Origin: Trueperaceae bacterium | GTDB lineage: Bacteria > Deinococcota > Deinococci > Deinococcales > Trueperaceae | Direction of reading: 5' to 3' | Assembly: GCA_040905465.1 (NCBI GenBank) | Contig: JBBDRK010000028.1 | Location: 14,517 to 39,623 of the forward strand | Length of the DNA stretch: 25,107 nucleotides | Part shown: one piece after another, positions 16,376-23,723 of the stretch | Layout: each line of letters starts with the position of its first letter | How positions within the stretch are numbered: the first letter of the stretch is position 1 | The notes under the pieces: model-generated | What the model saw: the letters and a program-made list of their open reading frames with translations, nothing else | Databases searched by the model: none | Told to the model about the DNA's origin: nothing | Position numbers and translations under genes: made by a program

Positions 16376-17002
16376 ATGGCCCGACCGCCCCACAAGCAGC
16401 TCGAAATCCTCGCCTTCCTCGAGCGTCGGTTTGCCGAGCAGGGCGAACTGCCCGAACTGGCGAATGTCGCTCGTGCCTTCGACATCAGCTACCCCACCCT
16501 GCGGGAGCATCTGGAGGCGCTCGCCGGCAAGGGGCACCTGAGCCTGGAGAGCCGCGGCCCGGGGCGGAGCCCTCGGCTCACCCTGCGGCGCCGTCCCGGC
16601 GGCATTCCGCTCTTCGGAGAGATCGCCGCCGGTTTGCCGGCAGGCGCCTACCCCGAGCCTGAGGGGCACCTGGCCCTGCGCGGCCTGGAGGGCGGCTTCG
16701 CGCTGCGGGTGCGCGGCGACTCGATGGCCGACCGGATCCAGGAGGGCGATGTGGTCCTGTTGCAGCGGGGCCAGCCGCAACGCTCGGGCGAGGTCTGTGC
16801 CGTGCGGGTGGGGGGAGATGAGACCACCCTCAAGTACCTCGACTGGACCGGCTCGCCGCGCCGTTATACCTTGCGGCCCCACAATCCCGCCTATCCGAAG
16901 CTGCGCGTGGATCCCGCGGCGCTCCACGTGGAAGGGGTGTTCCGCTCGCTGCTGCGTGGCGAGGTGGTGGAGCAACTGTTGATCGAGAGGGGTGATGAGT
17001 AG
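16376..17002 (+). CDS. lexA: LexA-family repressor (wHTH + S24 autopeptidase)
   Basis: N-terminal wHTH (QLEILAFL...HLEALAGKG), cleavage site GEIAAG, catalytic Ser in VRGDSM and Lys in TTLKY. Confidence 0.9.
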   Translation: MARPPHKQLEILAFLERRFAEQGELPELANVARAFDISYPTLREHLEALAGKGHLSLESRGPGRSPRLTLRRRPGGIPLFGEIAAGLPAGAYPEPEGHLALRGLEGGFALRVRGDSMADRIQEGDVVLLQRGQPQRSGEVCAVRVGGDETTLKYLDWTGSPRRYTLRPHNPAYPKLRVDPAALHVEGVFRSLLRGEVVEQLLIERGDE

Positions 17003-17269
17003 GGGTGTTGTCTGAGGGCCGGCCCCGCCGGCGCTCGAGAGTGGGGAGCAATCCAAGGGAAGAAGCGACCAAGGAAGACCAAGGAAAAGGACACATCCCG
17101 CGACCAAGCAAGAATGTGTCCGACGCCGAAGCCACCGTTCGAAAGGTAGTCCTGGCTCCATTTAGCCTAGCACGGAGCCCGGCAGGGCCAAAGGCATGGG
17201 AAAGGCCGATGAAGAGTTCTGCAAGAGGTTCGCCGGCCGTTGGCTGGCCAGCCGCCAGCCTGGCGCGCC

Positions 17270-18541
17270 ATGATCGCCGCGCTGGTGCTCGAACCCCTGG
17301 AGCTTTGGTGGGCGCGGCGTCAGCGCCCCGAGTGGCGGCGCTCCCCGCTGGTGACGGTGCGGGAGAACCGGGTGTGCCACGCCACTCCCGAGGCGCGCCG
17401 GGAGGGGATCGTGCCCGGCATGTCGCTCGCGGGCGCCAGGTTGCGCAGCGAGTCGCTGCAGGTGACGGAGGTGAGCGAGGCGGAGCTGCAGGCCGCCTGG
17501 GAGAGCGTGCTGCGCGAGCTCTACGGCCTCAGCCCATTCCTCGACGGCTCCCGCCGAGGGCGAGCCTTCCTAAGCATCTCGGCGGCCGAGGCGAGGATGG
17601 TGGCGGAGGCGTACGACACTCGGGTCGGTCATGCGGCCGGCCGCGAGACCGCCGAGCTGGCCGCATTGGCTACTCGGGTGGGGCGTTGCCGGGTCCTGCC
17701 GAAGGGGAGCGAAGGAGCTTTCCTGGCGCGACTGCCGCTGCGTTTCCTGCGCGGGGTGGGGCTGAGCCCGTATTCACTGGAGCGGCTGCGCTGGTTGGGG
17801 CTCTCGGGGGCAGGCGAGTTGGCCGGCTGGCGCCGCAGCCAGTTGCGGGCGTTCCTGGGAGGCGAGGCGGACGAACTCATGTCTTACCTGCACGGTCCCT
17901 GGCGGGAGCGGCTGCCCCTGGCCCAGCCTCCCGAAGCGCTTCGGCGCAGCGCCCGCTTCGCCGAGCCGCTGTTCGAGCCCGGCCCGCTGGAGGCGGCAGT
18001 TGGGCGTCTGGCCGGCGCGTTGGAGGAGGCGCTGGCCGGACGGGCAGCCGGCCGTTTGAGCGTGGCGGCCGAGGTGGGCGGGGTGCAGTTGCGGGCCACC
18101 CGCTTCGCCAAGAAGCCGCTGCGGGCTGCGCGCGACATCACCCTGCTGGCGGGGCTGGCGTTGGCAGACACCGGGGCGGCGCCAGTGGGGATCGAGGCGT
18201 TGACGCTCGAGCTGCCCGAACCGGTGCGGCTGGCCAGCCAGGGGCGCCTGTGGCCGGCGAGCTCCCGCCGCGAGGCGGCCTGGGAGGAGCTGCTGGAGCG
18301 CTTCCCGCGGGCAGCGGTGGAGGTCGAGTGGCTCGACCCCCATGCCGAGTCGGCCGACCTAGCCTGGCGCTGGTATCGGCCGGCGGTGGGAGAAGAGCGC
18401 TCGGATGAGCAGGAGTATCGCTCGCTGCCCGGCCCGGCGGAAGGAGTGACTGGGGAGGTGAAGCGTGAGACGAATTCAGCAACCCGCTCTGGTGGCGGTC
18501 GAAAACGGCAAGCCGCAGAGAGTGAGCTGGTCGTCGGTTAG
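17270..18541 (+). CDS. imuY: Inactive Y-family polymerase homolog (ImuY/ImuB-like)
   Basis: ATPEARREGIVPGMSLAGA and FLARLPL..L...LERLRWLGL...GEL patterns. Catalytic acidic motifs are absent (SRRGRAFL in place of SIDEAFL). Clamp-like QGRLW is present. Confidence 0.75.
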   Translation: MIAALVLEPLELWWARRQRPEWRRSPLVTVRENRVCHATPEARREGIVPGMSLAGARLRSESLQVTEVSEAELQAAWESVLRELYGLSPFLDGSRRGRAFLSISAAEARMVAEAYDTRVGHAAGRETAELAALATRVGRCRVLPKGSEGAFLARLPLRFLRGVGLSPYSLERLRWLGLSGAGELAGWRRSQLRAFLGGEADELMSYLHGPWRERLPLAQPPEALRRSARFAEPLFEPGPLEAAVGRLAGALEEALAGRAAGRLSVAAEVGGVQLRATRFAKKPLRAARDITLLAGLALADTGAAPVGIEALTLELPEPVRLASQGRLWPASSRREAAWEELLERFPRAAVEVEWLDPHAESADLAWRWYRPAVGEERSDEQEYRSLPGPAEGVTGEVKRETNSATRSGGGRKRQAAESELVVG

Positions 18542-18704
18542 CAACGGCCGGGTGGCTCGGGTAATCGACGAATGGCGGGTAGCCGGCCGCTGGTGGGCCA
18601 CCGAGCTGCGCCGCGACTACTATCTGGTCGAGCTCGACGGCGGCCGGCTCATAGAGCTCTACCGCGAGGGGGAACGCTGGTGTGTGACGGGAATAGCCGA
18701 TTAG
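18465..18704 (+). CDS. ImuB-C / DUF6504-like small protein
   Basis: PQRVSW...VARVIDEWR..GRWW....RRDYYLVELDGG..IELYRE..RW; strong SD GGGGAGGTG. Confidence 0.8.
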   Translation: MRRIQQPALVAVENGKPQRVSWSSVSNGRVARVIDEWRVAGRWWATELRRDYYLVELDGGRLIELYREGERWCVTGIAD

Positions 18705-18721
18705 CGGGAACCTGCCGTGGC

Positions 18722-18751
18722 TTGCAAAGTCCCACCCGACCGAGTACTTTG
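18722..18751 (+). promoter_or_regulatory. Sigma70-like promoter overlapped by an inverted repeat
   Basis: TTGCAA (18722-18727), N17, TACTTT (18745-18750); CAAAGT (18725-18730) pairs with ACTTTG (18746-18751). Confidence 0.5.
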
Positions 18752-18853
18752 ACTTCAGGAACCCAGGCGATTGCAACAACCGAATCAGAAAGGCACCGGA
18801 TGGGCTCCAAGGCCACTGCTGCCGGCTAGTTCACAGCGGCACGAGGAGGAACG

Positions 18854-19990
18854 ATGAGAGCTTCCCCCCGCTTCGTTCTCGGCGCGCTTCTTGCCCTCTT
18901 CACTGGATTGTCGGGGCAGGCCGGCGCCACGTCACCCGCCACGTCACCCGATCGAAGCTCCGGGGCAACTGTGACGGGCTCCGAGCCCGCTACCTACAGC
19001 GGGAACCGCCGGTCCGGCGAGCTCTATGGGCTCGCGCAAAACGCCGCCTTCAGAGTGGCGCTACAGTCGGAGGACAACCTCCAGTGGATCTCGTTCTGGG
19101 TTGCTCAGGGTGCCGGTTACTTCAGCGACGAAGGGCTGAACCTTCAGGTCGTCGTTCCGCCCATGCCTGGCGCGGCCGCCCGGTTCATGGTGATGGGCCG
19201 GGCCGATGCGGCGATCCTGCCCCCTCCGTTGCTGTTCGACTCGATCGCCCGGGGTGAGCCGGTAGTCGCCATCGCCAACCTGCTCCACAACGATCCGATC
19301 AATCTGGTGCTTCGCGGCGAGCTGGCGGAGGAGTTGGGCATATCGACCGACATGCCGTGGGAGGACCGGGTTCGGGCGATGCAGGGCCTCAAGGTCGGCG
19401 TGGCCCCGGGCCCCCAGAGCCGTCTGCGGGCCATGCTCGCCTCCGCTGATCTCGATCCCGACGAGCACTTCGAACTGGTCATCATCGACGGCGCGGCCCA
19501 GAACGAGGCGTTCGGTGGCGGACGGGTCGACGCGCTGTACGCACACTCGCCGTACCTGGAGACCGCGCTGCTGACGCAGCACGCCGTCGTGGTGCTGGAT
19601 CAGGCGGCAGGCGAGGTGCCGCGCCTCGCCGATCGCCAGATCTATAGTCTCGTCACCACCCGCTCCAACGTTAAAGCGCGAGCCGACGAGCTGGCGGCGG
19701 TAGTGCGTGCCCTGCACCGTGCGCAGCTACTCATTCACGATAGTCCGGACGCTGCCGCAGAAGCCCTGGGCAGCACGGCGATAAGCTTCCGAGAGCCGCA
19801 AGGACCGGAGACTATCGTCCGCCTGTACGGTCCGGCCGTGCCGCCGACACCGGCGGTGTCCGCGCAGCGGCTGGCCAGGGAGACCGAGTTGCTGCCGGCT
19901 CATCGTCCCGCCCCGGAACTGTCCGGAATCGATCTCAACGAACACGTCGACAACCGGTTCGTCGAGCAGGCGCTACGCGGCGATCGGTAG
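18854..19990 (+). CDS. ABC transporter substrate-binding protein, NMT1/THI5/SsuA-like
   Basis: Signal peptide, WVAQGAGYFSDEGLNLQV, GLKVGVAPG, GRVDA; SD GAGGAGG. Confidence 0.75.
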   Translation: MRASPRFVLGALLALFTGLSGQAGATSPATSPDRSSGATVTGSEPATYSGNRRSGELYGLAQNAAFRVALQSEDNLQWISFWVAQGAGYFSDEGLNLQVVVPPMPGAAARFMVMGRADAAILPPPLLFDSIARGEPVVAIANLLHNDPINLVLRGELAEELGISTDMPWEDRVRAMQGLKVGVAPGPQSRLRAMLASADLDPDEHFELVIIDGAAQNEAFGGGRVDALYAHSPYLETALLTQHAVVVLDQAAGEVPRLADRQIYSLVTTRSNVKARADELAAVVRALHRAQLLIHDSPDAAAEALGSTAISFREPQGPETIVRLYGPAVPPTPAVSAQRLARETELLPAHRPAPELSGIDLNEHVDNRFVEQALRGDR

Positions 19991-20165
19991 CCCTTCTATC
20001 GCGGACAGTGATTTGGCCGCCAAACTCGAGTCGCTGTGAGGAGGAAACTGGCGGGCGTGGCCAGGACACGCCCAGTGGTGCGATCGGGACGATCAACGGG
20101 ACACCGCGGTACGTGTCGCTCTGCTGCGCATTCCTGAACCGTCCACCGGAGGAGGTGAGCCTCCG

Positions 20166-20822
20166 CTGCAATCAGTCGCAACCAACGTTCGAGTCGAACT
20201 GTCCGACGTCACGCTGCAGGCCGACCTCGCCATCCCAAAGGGCGCGCGCGCACTGGTCCTGTTCGCGCACGGCAGCGGCAGCGGCCGGCACAGCCCGCGC
20301 AACCGCTTCGTCGCCGCGGGGCTCCGCAAGGGCGCGCTCGCCACGCTCCTGATCGACCTGCTGAGCGAGGCGGAGGAGCGCATCGACCTGGCTAGCGGGC
20401 ACCTGCGCTTCGACATCGAACTGCTCGCTGAGCGGCTGGTAGGCGTTGTCGACTGGTCGGGTGCTCGGGACGACACCGCTGCATTGCCGGTGTGCCTGTT
20501 CGGCGCCAGCACCGGAGCGGGGGCGGCCCTGGTCGCGGCCGGGCGGCGAGAGGACGCCGTCGCTGCCGTGGTGTCGCGCGGGGGAAGACCCGACCTGGCG
20601 GGAGAAAGCCTGCCGCACGTTCGGTCGCCCACCTTGCTCATCGTGGGCGGAAACGACGAGCCGGTTATCGGGTTGAACCGCAAGGCGATGGCGGCGATGA
20701 ACGCCGAGACGAGGTGGGAGATAGTGCCGGGCGCAACCCACCTGTTCGAGGAGCCGGGGACGCTCGAGCGGGTCGTCGAGCTGGCGCGCAGCTGGTTCGA
20801 GGATCACCTGGACAGCGGCTGA
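20166..20822 (+). CDS. Dienelactone-hydrolase-like alpha/beta hydrolase (apparent CTG start)
   Basis: VLFAHGSGSGRHSPRNRFVA, FGASTGAGAAL, VVSRGGRPDLAG, VPGATHLFEEPG are all in one stop-free frame. SD GGAGGAGGTGA lies 7 nt before CTG 20166. Confidence 0.85.
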   Translation: MQSVATNVRVELSDVTLQADLAIPKGARALVLFAHGSGSGRHSPRNRFVAAGLRKGALATLLIDLLSEAEERIDLASGHLRFDIELLAERLVGVVDWSGARDDTAALPVCLFGASTGAGAALVAAGRREDAVAAVVSRGGRPDLAGESLPHVRSPTLLIVGGNDEPVIGLNRKAMAAMNAETRWEIVPGATHLFEEPGTLERVVELARSWFEDHLDSG

Positions 20823-20855
20823 ACCGTTGGAGAGTGCAGGCGGCAGGGGGGCTGA

Positions 20856-22178
20856 ATGATCCGAGACAGGCTGGAGAGCGGGCACGATGTCGACGCACTG
20901 GTAGAGGACATCAACCGCACCGGGCGGGATCTGGGGAGTTCCGACGATCTCGAGCCGCTGCTTGATCGCATCGGGGACGCCCGCGTGGTGATGCTTGGGG
21001 AGGCGTCGCACGGCACCTCCGAGTACTACACATGGCGGGCACGACTGAGCCAGAGGCTGATCCGCGAAAAGGACTTCTCGTTCATCGCAGTAGAGGGCGA
21101 CTGGCCGGACTGTTACCGCGTCAATCGCTTCGTAAAGGGGTACGCCGATTCTGGCGACAGTGCACGGGAGGTGTTGCACGCTTTCGCACGCTGGCCAACC
21201 TGGATGTGGGCCAACTGGGAGGTCGCTGCTCTGGCCGAATGGCTGCGGATGCACAACCGTGCCGTGTCCAACGGCGCCGAGGTCGGCTTCTACGGGCTGG
21301 ACGTATACAGCCTGTGGGAGTCGTTAGAGGCGATCATGGACTACCTGGAGCGAACCGACCCGCAGGCGCTCGCGTCCGCCCGGCGCGCGTACGCCTGCTT
21401 CGAGCCGTATCACGAGGACGTGCACGCCTACGCCGAGGCGACGGCGTTCGTGCCCACCTCCTGCGAGGACGAAGTCGTAGAGTTGCTGGGCGAAATCCGC
21501 AAACGGGCACAGGGCTATCCCGAGGATCACGAGTCGCGCTTCTCGGCGGAGCAGAACGCCAGGTCGATAGTGGGGGCTGAGCGCTACTACCGCAGCATGA
21601 TCCGCGGCAGCAGCGAGTCGTGGAACGAGCGTGACAGGCACATGATGGGCACCCTGGAGGATCTGCTCGAGCAGCACGGGTCCGATTCCAAGGCAATAGT
21701 CTGGGAGCACAACACCCACATCGGAGACGCCCGCGGGACGGACATGGCCGCTGCCGGGATGGTAAATACCGGGCAATTGGCGCGCGAACGCTACGGCGAG
21801 GGCGACACGATCCTCGTGGGCTTCGGTTCGTATCGGGGAAGCGTGATCGCGGGTGCGCGATGGGGGGCGCCGATGGAGCGGATGACTGTGCCTGCCGCCC
21901 GCCAGGGGTCGTGGGAGGAGATATTCCACCGTGCCGGCGTGGGCGATTGCGTGCTGCTCACCGGCGAGCTGTCGTCAGCCGCCCGGCCGCGCCGGCCGCA
22001 CCGGGCGATCGGTGTGGTGTACGACCCGCAGCACGAGCGCCACGGCAACTACGTTCCCACCGATCTGCCTCGCCGCTACGACGCCTTCGTCTTCCTGGAC
22101 GAGAGCCAGGCGCTACACCCGCTGCATGTTGAACCCGAGGAGGAGGGCCCGCCGGAGACGTATCCGTGGGGGGTGTGA
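20856..22178 (+). CDS. Erythromycin esterase family protein
   Basis: LGEASHGTSEYY, IAVEGDWPD, WPTWMWAN, GFYGLDVYSL, VWEHNTHIGDAR, HRAIGVVY. Confidence 0.92.
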   Translation: MIRDRLESGHDVDALVEDINRTGRDLGSSDDLEPLLDRIGDARVVMLGEASHGTSEYYTWRARLSQRLIREKDFSFIAVEGDWPDCYRVNRFVKGYADSGDSAREVLHAFARWPTWMWANWEVAALAEWLRMHNRAVSNGAEVGFYGLDVYSLWESLEAIMDYLERTDPQALASARRAYACFEPYHEDVHAYAEATAFVPTSCEDEVVELLGEIRKRAQGYPEDHESRFSAEQNARSIVGAERYYRSMIRGSSESWNERDRHMMGTLEDLLEQHGSDSKAIVWEHNTHIGDARGTDMAAAGMVNTGQLARERYGEGDTILVGFGSYRGSVIAGARWGAPMERMTVPAARQGSWEEIFHRAGVGDCVLLTGELSSAARPRRPHRAIGVVYDPQHERHGNYVPTDLPRRYDAFVFLDESQALHPLHVEPEEEGPPETYPWGV

Positions 22179-22398
22179 ACCCTCTGCGCCGGCTCGCAGT
22201 CAGGTCGAGTGCCTGGGAGTACCGCTCCTGCGAGTGGAGGCGGAAGATCTGGTGTTGCAGCTCGTGGAACGCTGGCGCCATGCAGAAGTATCGCGTTATG
22301 GTCTCGTGAATTACAAGTTTCAGGTTGGGCAGTAGGCCTTTGCCACACCCTTCCGGGTCACTGACCAAGGTCAGCGGACCGTGCCTGAGCCCCCGCGA

Positions 22399-22818
22399 TC
22401 AGCGCGTGGGGCGGTAGTGGAGGTGAACCGTGCCGTTGCCAAAGTGGCGCTGATCGAGCAGCTCGAGCCTCAGCCGACGGCCGTTGGGCAGAGCGGGCTT
22501 GCCCGAGCCGACTGACGCGGGCACGAGGAAAAGATGAACCTCATCGATGATTCTTGCGGCGAAGGCTGCCGCCGCCAGCTCCGGACCGGACACCGTCAAG
22601 TCCTTCCTGGCTGCACTCTTCATTTCCTGCACCGCTGTCGGCTCGAACTCCCGCTCGAGCCTGGTGCGCTAGGTCGTGACCCCCGCCAGCGTGCGTGAGT
22701 AGACGATCTTGTCCGAGTACTGCCAGATGTCGGCGAACTCCCGCTCGGCCGTGGGCAGGTCGGTGCGCTCCCGCAATGTCTCCCAGGCGGACATCACCTC
22801 GTACATTCGCCACCCGTA
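22399..22818 (-). pseudogene. RibD C-terminal/dihydrofolate-reductase-like pseudogene (5' truncated, internal TAG)
   Basis: YGWRMYEVM..W, KIVYSRTL, in-frame TAG at 22669-22671, then IDEVHLFLVP..VGSGKP and FGNGTVHLHY. Confidence 0.8.
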
Positions 22819-22819
22819 T

Positions 22820-22951
22820 GCCCTCATCGTCCCCAGCTTCGTGTTGCCCCTTGACCTTAACGTGCTGATCAACCCGTTACACCCGAAGGCCGCCAGCCTC
22901 AACATCGTCCGCCAGGAGCGACTGCGGCTCGACCAGCGGCTTTTCCGCTAG
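22820..22951 (+). pseudogene. C-terminal remnant of a RES-domain toxin gene
   Basis: ALIVPSFVLPLDLNVLINPLHP...LRLDQRLFR* matches the RES-family C-terminus (VPS...N.LINP.HP...D.RL); no N-terminal part. Confidence 0.7.
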
Positions 22952-23024
22952 GCTTAGCGGGCACGAATTTTTCGTTTCAGTCCAAACCGTAGCGGACTGA
23001 AAGCCGCCTGGACGATACTCGGGC

Positions 23025-23714
23025 ATGCAACGTGACGAGTTGGTCGTAACCCGCCCCGAGCAGGCCCGGGCGCTGCAGGACACTGGCTTCCTCGGGCGCT
23101 TCCTCGAGCCCGCCTCGCCCAGCGACGCCGCCCGGGCGCTGGGGATGCCGGCAAACCTCGCCCACCACCATGCCAGGCGCCACGCCTCCCTGGGCCTCCT
23201 CATGGAGGTGAAGCGGGAGCGGGGCAGGATCTATTACCAACTCGCCGCCAGGACGTTCAAGCATCACCGTTCTCTGCTGCCCGCCGGCGATCCCGACGAG
23301 CACACGGCGGTAACGCTCCGCCAGCTGAAGGAAAGGTTCCTGGCGGCGTACCAAGCCTGCGACCGGATGGAGGACGGCCAGAACCCGAACTGGCACGTCT
23401 ACGGGTTCGATCGGGAGGGGATCCCGGAGGTGTTGCGGGGGAGAGGTGTCGAGACCGTTTCCGAGGCCCGGCCGGCGCACTTCCAGGCCCGAACGCTTTC
23501 TCTTACCCCGGACCGGTACCGCGAGCTGGTACGGCGGATTGCCAACCTGATCCTCGAGGCCGAGGCCGAAGATGGACCGCAGGCGGAGCCGTGCACCCTC
23601 GCCTTCCTGGCCATGGACGGCGTGCTTCAGGAGGGGTCCGCGGACAGCCACTACATGGCGAGCTTCGTACCAGCAGGAGAGCCTGGCGACGAACCGCAGT
23701 CGTGGGACCTTTGA
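23025..23714 (+). CDS. Winged-helix (ArsR-like) transcriptional regulator
   Basis: SPSDAARALGMPANLAHHHARRHASLGLLMEVKRERGRIYYQLAARTF; precedes an ABC exporter. Confidence 0.7.
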   Translation: MQRDELVVTRPEQARALQDTGFLGRFLEPASPSDAARALGMPANLAHHHARRHASLGLLMEVKRERGRIYYQLAARTFKHHRSLLPAGDPDEHTAVTLRQLKERFLAAYQACDRMEDGQNPNWHVYGFDREGIPEVLRGRGVETVSEARPAHFQARTLSLTPDRYRELVRRIANLILEAEAEDGPQAEPCTLAFLAMDGVLQEGSADSHYMASFVPAGEPGDEPQSWDL

Positions 23715-23723
23715 GGGACGGGC

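Noticed and set aside
17005..18408. 467-aa plus-strand ORF overlapping imuY
   Set aside because: Alternative frame rich in G/A/R; the Y-family motifs are in the 17270 frame.
20172..21254. 360-aa minus-strand ORF
   Set aside because: Antisense of the hydrolase and esterase genes.
22669..22671. In-frame TAG as programmed readthrough or pyrrolysine
   Set aside because: The gene also lacks its 5' end, and TAG ends several normal genes in the window; simple pseudogenisation explains it.
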